A stretch of 64,000 bases of DNA, taken from the NCBI GenBank assembly GCA_964016885.1, contig OZ024740.1, positions 49,042,001 to 49,106,000 of the forward strand, written 5' to 3'. The position numbers and the translations under genes were made by a program. Each line of letters opens with the position of its first letter. Position 1 is the first letter of the stretch. The notes beneath the pieces were generated by a model, which worked only from the letters and a program-made list of their open reading frames with translations, searched no databases and was not told the DNA's origin. Source of the DNA: Eledone cirrhosa (Eukaryota). Below, in pieces: positions 1 through 11,814 of the stretch.

Positions 1-3000
1 CACAATATCTCTCTATAATGGTATATATTAGATATATCTACTGTACAATATCTCTCTACAATGGTATATATTAGATATATCTACTGTACAATATCTCTCT
101 ACAATGGTATATATTAGATATATCTACTGTACAATATCTCTCTACAATGGTATATATTAGATATATCTACTGTACAATATCTCTCTACAATGGTATATAT
201 TAGATATATCTACTGTACAATATCTCTCTACAATGGTATATATTAGATATATCTACTGTACAATATCTCTCTACAATGGTATATATTAGATATATCTACT
301 GTATAATATCTCTCTACAGTGGTATATATTAGATATATCTACTGTACAATATCTCTCTATGGTGGTATATATTAGATATATCTACTGTACAATATCTCTC
401 TATAATGGTATATAGATATATCTACTGTATAATATCTCTCTATAATGGTATATATTAGATATATCTACTGTACAATATCTCTCTATGGTGGTATATATTA
501 GATATATCTACTGTACAATATCTCTCTACAATGGTATATATTAGATATATCTACTGTACAATATCTCTCTACAATGGTATATATTAGATATATCTACTGT
601 ACAATATCTTTCTATGGTGGTATATATTAGATATATCTACTGTACAATATCTTTCTATGGTGGTATATATTAGATATATCTACTGTACAATATCTCTACA
701 GTGGTATATATTAGATATATCTACTGTACAATATCTCTCTACAATGGTATATATTAGATATATCTACTGTACAATATCTCTCTACAATGGTATATATTAG
801 ATATATCTACTGTACAATATCTCTCTACAGTGGTATATATTAGATATATCTACTGTACAATATCTCTCTACAATGGTATATATTAGATATATCTACTGTA
901 CAATATCTCTCTACAATGGTATATATTAGATATATCTACTGTACAATATCTCTCTACAATGGTATATATTAGATATATCTACTGTACAATATCTCTCTAC
1001 AATGGTATATATTAGATATATCTACTGTATAATATCTCTCTACAGTGGTATATATTAGATATATCTACTGTACAATATCTCTCTATGGTGGTATATATTA
1101 GATATATCTACTGTACAATATCTCTCTATAATGGTATATATTAGATATATCTACTGTATAATATCTCTCTATAATGGTATATATTAGATATATCTACTGT
1201 ACAATATCTCTCTATGGTGGTATATATTAGATATATCTACTGTACAATATCTCTCTATGGTGGTATATATTAGATATATCTACTGTACAATATCTCTCTA
1301 CAATGGTATATATTAGATATATCTACTGTACAATATCTCTCTACAATGGTATATATTAGATATATCTACTGTACAATATCTCTCTACAGTGGTATATATT
1401 AGATATATCTACTGTACAATATCTTTCTATGGTGGTATATATTAGATATATCTACTGTACAATATCTCTCTATGGTGGTATATATTAGATATATCTACTG
1501 TACAATATCTCTCTACAATGGTATATATTAGATATATCTACTGTACAATATCTCTCTACAATGGTATATATTAGATATATCTACTGTACAATATCTCTCT
1601 ACAGTGGTATATATTAGATATATCTACTGTACAATATCTCTCTACAATGGTATATATTAGATATATCTACTGTACAATATCTCTCTACAATGGTATATAT
1701 TAGATATATTTACTGTACAATATCTCTCTACAATGGTATGTATTAGATATATCTACTGTACAATATCTCTCTATGGTGGTATATATTAGATATATCTACT
1801 GTACGATATCTCTCTACGATGGTATATATTAGATATATCTACTGTACAATATCTCTCTACAATGGTATATATTAGATATATCTACTGTACAATATCTCTC
1901 TACAATGGTATATATTAGATATATCTACTGTACAATATCTCTCTATGGTGGTATATATTAGATATATCTACTGTACAATATCTCTCTACAGTGGTATATA
2001 TTAGATATATCTACTGTACAATATCTCTCTACAATGGTATATATTAGATATATCTACTGTACAATATCTCTCTACAATGGTATATATTAGATATATCTAC
2101 TGTACAATATCTCTCTACAATGGTATGTATTAGATATATCTACTGTACAATATCTCTCTATGGTGGTATATATTAGATATATCTACTGTACGATATCTCT
2201 CTACAATGGTATATATTAGATATATCTACTGTACAATATCTCTCTACAATGGTATATATTAGATATATCTACTGTACAATATCTCTCTATGGTGGTATAT
2301 ATTAGATATATCTACTGTACAATATCTCTCTACAATGGTATATATTAGATATATCTACTGTACAATATCTCTCTACAATGGTATATATTAGATATATCTA
2401 CTGTACAATATCTCTCTACAGTGGTATATATTAGATATATCTACTGTACAATATCTTTCTATGGTGGTATATATTAGATATATCTACTGTACAATATCTC
2501 TCTATGGTGGTATATATTAGATATATCTACTGTACAATATCTCTCTACAATGGTATATATTAGATATATCTACTGTACAATATCTCTCTACAATGGTATA
2601 TATTAGATATATCTACTGTACAATATCTCTCTATGGTGGTATATATTAGATATATCTACTGTACAATATCTCTCTATGGTGGTATATATTAGATATATCT
2701 ACTGTACGATATCTCTCTACGATGGTATATATTAGATATATCTACTGTACAATATCTCTCTACAATGGTATATATTAGATATATCTACTGTACAATATCT
2801 CTCTACAATGGTATATATTAGATATATCTACTGTACAATATCTCTCTATGGTGGTATATATTAGATATATCTACTGTACAATATCTCTCTACAATGGTAT
2901 ATATTAGATATATCTACTGTACAATATCTCTCTACAATGGTATATATTAGATATATCTCATCATCATCATCATCATCACCGTTTTACGTCCGTTCTTCCA

Positions 3001-5032
3001 CGCTAGCATGGGTTAGACGGGTTGTCCTGTTGTGGGCAGTGTCTGGTCGGCTGACCATGCCTTGCTCATACAGGAACTGATCTGGCTTGATTTCTACAGC
3101 TGGATGCCCTTCCTAACACCAACCTCATTTACAGTGAGTGCTGGGTGCTTTTTCGTGGCGCCTACACGTCCACTTTACAGTGTGGGCTGGGTGCTTTTTT
3201 TGCCGTGGCACCTCCACGACCACCTTGCGGTGGGGGGAGTGGGGGCATATTGTTTATATGCTTCAGCATGTACCCATGGGAGGTCGGGTACCCTGTATTA
3301 CTGCGTGACGCCAGAAGTCACGGTCGTGTGTCATTGACTTTGAGAGGTGTAGTTGGGTAAGGTCGGCTTTTAATATCTACTGTACAATATCTCTCTATGG
3401 TGGTATATATTAGATATATCTACTGTACAATATCTCTCTACAATGGTATATATTATATATATCTACTGTACAATATCTCTCTACAGTGGTATATATTAGA
3501 TATATCTACTGTACAATATCTCTCTACAGTGGTATATATTAGATATATCTACTGTACAATATCTCTCTACAATGGTATATATTAGATATATCTACTGTAC
3601 AATATCTCTCTATAATGGTATATATTAGATATATCTACTGTACAATATCTCTCTATGGTGGTATATATTAGATATATCTACTGTACAATATCTCTCTATA
3701 ATGGTATATATTAGATATATCTACTGTACAATATCTCTACAATGGTATATATTATATATATCTACTGTACAATATCTCTCTACAGTGGTATATATTAGAT
3801 ATATCTACTGTACAATATCTCTCTACAGTGGTATATATTAGATATATCTACTGTACAATATCTCTCTACAATGGTATATATTAGATATATCTACTGTACA
3901 ATATCTCTCTATAATGGTATATATTAGATATATCTACTGTACAATATCTCTCTATGGTGGTATATATTAGATATATCTACTGTACAATATCTCTCTATAA
4001 TGGTATATATTAGATATATCTACTGTACAATATCTCTCTACAGTGGTATATATTAGATATATCTACTGTACAATATCTCTCTACAATGGTATATATTAGA
4101 TATATCTACTGTTCAATATCTCTCTATAATGGTATATATTAGATATATCTACTGTACAATATCTCTCTATGGTGGTATATATTAGATATATCTACTGTAC
4201 AATATATCTCTACAATCGTATATATTAGAAATATATCTACTGTACAATATCTCTCTATGGTGGTATATATTAGATATATCTACTGTACAATATCTCTACA
4301 GTGGTATATATTAGATATATCTACTGTACAATATCTCTCTATAATGGTATATATTAGATATATCTACTGTACAATATCTCTCTACAATGGTATATATTAG
4401 ATATATCTACTGTACAATATCTCTCTACAATGGTATATATTAGATATATCTACTGTAAAATATCTCTCTACAATGGTATATATTAGATATATCTACTGTA
4501 CAATATCTCTCTATGGTGGTATATATTATATATATCTACTGTACAATATCTCTCTACAGTGGTATATATTAGATATATCTACTGTACAATATCTCTCTAC
4601 AATGGTATATATTAGATATATCTACTGTACAATATCTCTCTCCAATGGTATATATTAGATATATCTACTGTACAATATCTCTCTACAATGGTATATATTA
4701 GATATATCTACTGTACAATATCTCTCTATGGTGGTATATATTAGATATATCTACTGTACAATATCTCTCTATAATGGTATATATTAGATATATCTATTGT
4801 ACAATATCTCTCTATGGTGGTATATATTAGATATATCTATTGTACAATATCTCTCTATGGTGGTATATATTAGATATATCTACTGAACGATATCTCTCTA
4901 CAATGGTATATATTAGATATATCTACTGTACAATATCTCTCTACAATGGTATATATTAGATATATCTACTGTACAATATCTCTCTATGGTGGTATATATT
5001 AGATATATCTACTGAACGATATCTCTCTACAA
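1..5032. repeat. 43-bp tandem satellite (consensus GTATATATTAGATATATCTACTGTACAATATCTCTCTACAATG), interrupted by an RTE fragment at 2959-3372; runs off the left edge
   Basis: Unit recurs with period 43 (e.g. GTATATATTAG at 21 and 64); variants ACAAT/ATGGT/ACAGT/ATAAT at one position; contains the palindrome TAGATATATCTA. Confidence 0.98.
2959..3372 (-). mobile_element. RTE LINE family A, 5'-truncated 3' end with (GAT)n tail and 6-bp TSD ATATCT
   Basis: Near-identical to the 3' ends of the copies at 51332 and 60054; ATATCT at 2953-2958 and 3373-3378. Confidence 0.93.
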
Positions 5033-5059
5033 TTATTGCATGGAATTGGTATTTTCCCT

Positions 5060-5345
5060 GCATAGTCTTCCTCCATTCACACTTTTTTTTTGTCCTCTGC
5101 TCTGTGAGGTTCTGTGTTTTGAGATCAGCTATAACTACTTATGTCCAGGTCCTTCTTGGTCTTCCTTTCATGCAGCTTCTTTCTACTGGTATTTCTTCAC
5201 CTAGCATTGCTTATCCATATGCATCACATGTCGAAATCATTGCAGTCTTTTCTCGTACACACTACATCTGATTCCTCTTATACCTAACTTTTCTCTCAGT
5301 TCACCCACACCTTATCATTCATGTATACTAACATTGCATATCCAA
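5060..5345 (-). mobile_element. Old degraded RTE LINE 3' coding fragment
   Basis: gcatcacatgtc...ctacatctgattcctctta resembles the RTE C-terminal coding region of the young copies. Confidence 0.6.
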
Positions 5346-5440
5346 TGGAGCATACGTATATGTGTATGCATGTATACTTCACAACTTCACAACAGACACC
5401 ATAGATATAAATATATATATATATATACGTTTGTATATGT

Positions 5441-5617
5441 ATAATTGTTTCTACTTTAGGCACAAGGCCAGCAATTACCCAGTGCATTACTGGTACTTTA
5501 CTGGTACCTTATTTTATCGACCCCGTAAGGATGAAAGGCAAAGTCAACCTCGGTGGGATTTGAACTCAGATCGTAAAGGGACGTAACTATGCTGGAAAGC
5601 ATGGCGTCCGACCCTCT
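5441..5617 (-). mobile_element. tRNA-derived SINE type 1 (GCCTTTCATCC..GGGGTCGATAAA core), 5'-truncated, nested in the left PLE repeat
   Basis: B-box GTTCAAATCC on - strand; closely matches 23982-24170; absent from the right PLE arm. Confidence 0.85.
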
Positions 5618-6159
5618 AAAGCCAAAACAATGCAGGTATGGACATAGAATAAAGAATGCAAATGCAAAAGATATTGTTGACAATTAGTCTTTTACCTTAG
5701 ATTTATTTAAATGTCCTTAATTTTCGAGATAATATCTCTTCTTTGGAGGGAAGTAAAGCGGTTAAACCAGTTTTCTAAATAGCTTGCCAAGTCATGCTGA
5801 CAGGAAATGGTATAGAGTATCTGTTCTATCTCTAATATCAAAGAGTTAAGGTTAGGTGGATAAAGAGTAGTCTCCCTTTAAAAGTTTTTTTTTTTTTTTG
5901 TACATGCCTGTTTAAGTGTGTGGGAGAATGCGTGAAGGTGTAAGTATGTGTGTGTGTGTGTGTGTGTGAGTGTGAGAAGATACGTCTATACGTAAATGTG
6001 GGGGATAGATGTTATCTCGTGTTAGAACTGGTCTTTGTATGTGTGTGTGTGAGAGAGAATAAGTGGTGTAAGCGTGTGTGTGCGTGTGTGTGCGTGTGTG
6101 TGGGAGGGGGGGGGTAAATATGGGGCTAGATGCTCTATCAAGTTATAAATTGGGTGTTG

Positions 6160-6800
6160 AGTTCTAGTCTATTATTGATTGGTGGTTGTGTTTTGTCTAT
6201 AATCAGTGCTTCCTTAATTCTAAGATTGCCGAGGTTTCTTTCCTTAGTTTCTATCCTCACTGTTATGGTTTTGTTGGTGTTTTTGCATTTAACTAGGTGT
6301 TTCTTAAATGAGGAAGCGTTAGTATTGAGGTGTTCTTTTATTCTTATGTAGACTGGTCTGGTGGTGCTACCTACGTAGAAGTTGCTGCATTTGTCACACT
6401 CTAGTCTGGTGGCATAGGTCTGTGTCGTTGATGGGGCAGTTGGCTAGCCTGCAGCAGTTGTCATGTCTGGTGGAGTGTCTTTTGGTTAGCTGTCCGCGTA
6501 GAGACGGACCTGAGTGGGCTAGTTGGATATCTAGTCCCTCTCGTCTGATAGCTCTGCGGATGGCTGTTGTTGTTTCGTCACTGAAGTGCGGGAGCTTCAG
6601 GAAGCAAGTGTTAGTGCCTTGGGTGTGGTGTCCTCTGTTCTTTCTGGCACGGTTTGTGGTGGATGTCGTGTATCCGTTCAGTTTGAGTACTTCCAGGAAA
6701 TGTGTGGTGTGTGTGTCTCGGTCTCTAGCGTCGGTGCATTTGTTCCAGATACGTGTTAGTTTGTTCCTTATGTATCCGAGCTTAGCGCCGGCTGGGAGGG
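6160..6800 (-). pseudogene. PLE C-terminal RT linker plus GIY-YIG endonuclease remnant (frameshifted)
   Basis: Manual translation of the - strand: CRLANCPINDTDLC...LECDKCSNFYVGSTTRPVYIRIKEHL...NLRIKEALIIDKTQPPINNRLE, which carries the YVG..R...RIKEH and EAL.I....P.IN motifs of Penelope GIY-YIG. Confidence 0.85.
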
Positions 6801-6958
6801 CCGATCTAAAAAAAAAAAAAACCCTTTTAAAGGGAGGCTACTCTTTATCCACCTAACCTTAACTCTTTGATATTAGAGATAGAACAGATACTCTATACCA
6901 TTTCCTGTCAGCATGACTTGGCAAGCTATTTAGAACACTGGTTTAACTGCTTTACTTC

Positions 6959-6993
6959 CCTCTGAAAAAGAGATATTATCTCGAAAATTAAGG
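6959..6993 (+). ncRNA. Decayed minimal hammerhead in the PLE pseudo-LTR (mirror copy 5715-5749, - strand)
   Basis: cct CTGAAAA a gagat att atctc GAAA ATT A agg; the mirror copy reads CCAAAGA, so the two copies reconstruct CTGAAGA. Confidence 0.5.
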
Positions 6994-7286
6994 ACATTTA
7001 AATAAATCTAAGGTAAAAGACTAATTGTCAACAATATCTTTTGCATTTGCATTCTTTATTCTATGTCCACGCCTGCATTGTTTTGGCTTTATTATACATA
7101 TACAAACGTTTATACCTCATTACACAATGCTTCAAGTGAACTATAACTTCCTCCTATATATATATATACGTAATGATATAAAAGTTTCTTAAATATAAAA
7201 ATTATACAAATGTCTATAGGAACTTCTATATGTAAAATGATGAAGATGATATACACATGTATTTACACTTAAATGTCCTTTTTCAG

Positions 7287-7396
7287 ATCCAAGTGGAGCT
7301 GCAGTGCAAACACATCATACACAGCATTTGCATAACTCTACAGAGGAATCTGAATCTACAGATGCTTCACGAGGAGAAACTTCATCGTTATCACAG
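7287..7396 (+). CDS. Internal coding exon of an unidentified host gene (IQVELQCKHIIHSICITLQRNLNLQMLHEEKLHRYH)
   Basis: ttttcag acceptor, AG/gtagaa donor; phase 0 to 2 matches the next exon (a second frame is also open). Confidence 0.65.
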
Positions 7397-7440
7397 GTAG
7401 AAATGTATATATTCTTTATTTCAATGTATAGTATATTACA

Positions 7441-7600
7441 GGTGGTGTATTGGCAGAGTTGTTAGAACATCGGATAGAATGCTTTATGGTATTTGTTCCA
7501 GCTCTCTGCTATCTGATTTCAAATCCCATTCAGGTCAACTTTGCCTTTCATCCATTCGAGGTTGATAAAAAAAGTACCAGTCTAGTGCTGGGGGTGATTC
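7441..7600 (+). mobile_element. tRNA-derived SINE type 1, diverged
   Basis: A-box-like TGGCAGAGTTG, B-box-like ATTTCAAATCC, GCCTTTCATCCATTCGAGGTTGATAAA core. Confidence 0.75.
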
Positions 7601-9876
7601 TTCCTCTGTCTCACTTTCTATCTTTCTCTGGAAGAAATCTGCTGTACTCAGGCCTGGAGAGGGATGGGCTCCGCCAGGCTTAAAATGCCCAGGAAATGCT
7701 GTATGTCAATACAGTACCCCTACAACTCTATCAGGAGTTACAGGATCATACCATAGTATATTATACTGTTATCAATTCACTCCACATCCACCCTCTTATA
7801 ATGATGTGTATACACATAGTTTAACTTATGGAAAGTATCGTTACACTTCAAAATTTATGTAAATAGAGGAAGACTGCATCAAATAGTCACTGAAGTAATT
7901 TGTAAACCATTAGAGTTATTGATACAGTTTTTGCTGAGATGTGATTAGAATTACATTAGTATTATAATTATTTTACAGCTTGTATATTGTAACTTATTCA
8001 TATGTTAGCAAATTGCGAATGAAAAAAATGTAAGAAAGAAATTAGTCTTACTGGAATTTTGTAACTTTTTTGTAAGTAGCTTGTTAAATGTTTATAAGGG
8101 AAGTATTATGATATACTTCAGTTATCTGTGTTTTTATATTGACTGTAAGTAACCTGTATTTTTTTTTTATCATATGTTTTTATGAGAATATAGATACCAA
8201 GCCTTTTTTAAAACTTCAGCATTTACAGACTGAACCAATCTGATCATCTACAAAAATTCTAAATAGCCATTAATTTTTCTTCTCTCCAGAGCATCAATGA
8301 TAAGAAAATCATTCATCGTCAAAGGTTAGATATCAGGTGAGACATGACTTTCAATATATCTCAATTAACCTTCAGTGCGCTCTAGGTGCCTTATGTCACT
8401 GATAGAGTAATCTCCTCTTAATACATAATGCAGTGTCAAGGGAAGCAATTCATAAATAAATTCAGCGTGCGAAAGGTTAAGAGATTCCATCCATCTAGCT
8501 GTGTCTGTATTTTATAAACCTATGTAGTTTATTTACCTATTTAGTATTTGATCTATTTATTTATGTTAATCGTTGCCATATTAGAAAAAGAAATATTACA
8601 ACAGAAATGACAGTTATTTTGTATTTATTTCATTTAACCCTTTGAAACCAGCTTGAAAAGTGTTCTTGTTTGAATTTAAACCTTCCATTATAATATTATG
8701 TAAGAACTTCTATGTTCTAAGCACCAACATAATAATAAAAAAGTTTGTTATATTCTAAAATCTTCCATATTTTATATTATTCTAAACAATAATTGAAAAT
8801 TGTAGGCAGTGTCAATTATTAAAAATATTGTAATGAAAGAGTTTATGCTACATATTTACTCTATGGGTTATGAATTTAGATTTTCTATTGGTTAGTTGCC
8901 TAACACCAAGGAAACCGAGTTAAGCACCAGTTTAATGAACCTAGGGCTTGTGACAGATTTTAGACTTCTTTTGTTTCATGTCTTACTGAAACTGCATCTC
9001 AAAGATTAGGTTTCTTCTTCAGAGCCTGAAAAAACTTCAAATCTTATCAGTTGCTAACCTTCTACAAAGTTGAAATATGACTCACATGAGAATATTACTA
9101 AAATAAATATATGACTCAGTACTGCTACTACACACATAAATATCCTAGTGCACATCACCACCACACAACCACTAAATCACATGTGCACTCTTCTTTCTGT
9201 CTCCTCTACTGTTGTTACAATGGCCTTTACTCTTCTCAACTAGCTGATTGCATACTTCACCCAACACTGCATACACTTGTCTTCTTTTCATCTTGTTATC
9301 CCTCTTCTGTCTCACCAATGTATTAAACAATTTGCTCAATCCTTCCTTTCCAGAACAGAATTTGTCTAAAATTCCCTTTGCACGTTTTTTCTACAGACAC
9401 TGATCTACAGATTGTCAAACTCAACACCAACTACATCTATCTCACCAGTCTAGGGGAGGGTTATGAGCACTTCCCTTTTTCTGCTGATTAACTAATTATA
9501 GCTGATTAACTGATTATAGCTTTTTCTGTTTTGAACTCTATAACTTCATCCTTTTAGCATCATAGGAATCCATCAAGTCAAAAATATATCTTCTGTTAGA
9601 AACAGACTACAAATGTGTTAGATTCTGCAAGAAGTGATACTAAGTTTAAATGAGATAGAAAGTGTTATTCTTATTAACTGTTAATGTTCATTATTGATTG
9701 TCTTCTTCTGGGTAATTGCTGGCCTTGTGCCAAAAGTAGAAACGATTATTGATTGTCTTCTTTTTTTAATTATAAATTCTCTGTATATATGTCGTATTTC
9801 AATGTGGGAGATTACAATTTTGTCCTTATGAAAATTTAACTACTTCTAATTTAACTACTTCTTTTCTTTCTTAAAG

Positions 9877-10028
9877 TTCACCATCAAGCCTGGAAGCTTC
9901 AAGAGTTGGATATATTTTAGGGAATTCTTATTCAGATGATCAATTGCCATGCAGTAAATCTAATTCCCCTAGTCACAATTTTGGTTGGGCTATGACTAAT
10001 AGCTGCCTCTCTCAGTCTATAGAGCAGC
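9877..10028 (+). CDS. Host gene internal exon (SPSSLEASRVGYILGNSYSDDQLPCSKSNSPSHNFGWAMTNSCLSQSIEQ)
   Basis: Polypyrimidine tract plus aag acceptor, gtaagt donor, open frame, phase 2 to 1. Confidence 0.75.
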
Positions 10029-10789
10029 GTAAGTATATCTTTCCCTCACATTTCCCAAATTCTACTGAATCGTGCAGTTGTATAATGTTTGGTGTGGAAC
10101 CATTTTAAATAATTTATTTAGTCATATCACTTAATTAGAGGTTCCCTCATTTGTTTATGTATATATTTGTTCTTAATGAGTGTGAGCATGTATGTGTGTA
10201 TATGTGTTTAAATTGTTTGCAAATGGAAGGCTTTACCATCTGTTATGGAACTACATTTTGGTTTAGCTAAAAGCAGACTGGAACACTGTCTTTAATATCT
10301 CATTGAAACGAATCAGTTATTTGAATTTTTGTTAGTGTGACATATGATTATTCTTTAACACCACCATTGAAACACTAAAACCCTATTGAAAAAATTCAAA
10401 TTCAACAACTGAGAACTATGGGTGTGGTTTGGTTTGTTTGTTAGTGTGGTTTGGTTTGGTTCTGATGTTTTGAATATGTGTTACTGCTGTAGCTCTTCCA
10501 CATTTATTGCTCATGTATACAACACAACATTTTGCCTTTTACAGCCATATAATGCCTGTTATGATGATGGTGACGACAAGCAGCATATGACTTGCATTTA
10601 TAGGAAAAAAGAAACCTTTGCCAACATAAATAATTGTTCCCAGAACAACTTCTTTCAGCTGTAGTTTGTACCTCATGTATTATATTTTTACTAGAACTAT
10701 CTCCATCATGGGTCATGGAACTTATCATTAAAAAAAGAAAAAAAGGAAAGGATCTCCTTCAGTCATAACTAGCTGGGTTGTGCATTCAT

Positions 10790-11070
10790 TACTGACTGAC
10801 CATGTGTTTACCTCTCTGAGGTACAAGACTGGGCAAGATTAGCAGTTGCCCTTGCATACAAATCTGTCACACTGATGTTCAAAGAAAAGGCAAAAACTGA
10901 CACAACTTCACACCAGTGTTGTTCTAACTCACTCTATTTTTAACTGAGTGAACTGGAGCAATGTGAAATAAAGTGTCTTGCTCAACGACACAACATACCA
11001 CTATGTTCAGGAATCAAACTCACAACATTATGATTGTGAGCCCACTCCCTAACCACTAAGCCATATCCCT
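10790..11070 (-). mobile_element. tRNA-derived SINE type 2 (TTGAGCAAGACACTTTATTTCAC body)
   Basis: A box TGGCTTAGTGG and B box GTTTGATTCC on - strand; body shared with 27750-27830 and 42760-42888. Confidence 0.75.
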
Positions 11071-11518
11071 TAACAAGACTGCAGAATAAATACCTAGGTC
11101 ACAAAACTTATTGTTAGATTGCATTCAGACTCTATCACCGAGGCCACATAATTTGATTAAGGTTACAGAATGTATTAGTTAGCTCACAGACTTTAACTAT
11201 AATCAGTTTTATCATTTAGGTTGCAGTGATTTGCCTGCTATTTTCAACCATCTGTTCAGTCAATTGTCTTGCCAAGGGACACATCTCAATGGCTGTAGCC
11301 CTGCTTCATAAACTTGCAGCTATTTCTGTTATTGTGTGTGTAAAAATTAAGATATGCAGATATTTTGAATCAGTTTTGTAGCACTTCTGTTAGCTCATCT
11401 CCTGAATATCCTAACTCAAGTATATTTATATTGAATAGGCAGGGAAATATGGTTATTAAGGTATGTACATATATTGTAAATGTTGTAAAAGTAAAATATG
11501 TTGCCATTTATTTTTCAG

Positions 11519-11617
11519 ACAAATATTTATCCCGTAGTCAATCATCAAGGGAACCATATCGAACATATATGTGGGGAGTCACAGGGGAACAAGAATGGAG
11601 TCCAGAAATGACCACAG
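11519..11617 (+). CDS. Host gene internal exon (HKYLSRSQSSREPYRTYMWGVTGEQEWSPEMTT)
   Basis: tttttcag acceptor, G/gtaaaa donor, phase 1 to 1. Confidence 0.78.
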
Positions 11618-11758
11618 GTAAAATATTAATTTTATTTTTTATTTTTAAGTTATATTTTAATAAAAAAAGTTCTATTTGATTATATCACTTTTTTAAAATT
11701 AAGATGTTTCATTAAACATTATATCTTTTAATATTTTGTCCTGAGATTTCCTTTTCAG

Positions 11759-11814
11759 ATTATGAAGATGATGATGATGGCAATTTATATGGAGATTTTT
11801 ATTTTATTTCATAG
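11759..11814 (+). CDS. Host gene terminal coding exon (DYEDDDDGNLYGDFYFIS*)
   Basis: cttttcag acceptor, phase 1 in frame with the previous exon, ends in TAG. Confidence 0.72.

Larger units (their letters stand above)
5427..7109 (-). mobile_element. Penelope-like element (PLE) fragment flanked by ~300-bp head-to-head inverted pseudo-LTRs (5427-5899 including a nested SINE; 6808-7109)
   Basis: 5618-5899 is the reverse complement of 6808-7090; 5427-5445 matches 7091-7109; interior encodes a GIY-YIG domain. Confidence 0.85.

Noticed and set aside
1-5032. CRISPR-like regular repeat array
   Set aside because: Units are contiguous with no unique spacers, there are no cas genes and the context is eukaryotic; it is a satellite
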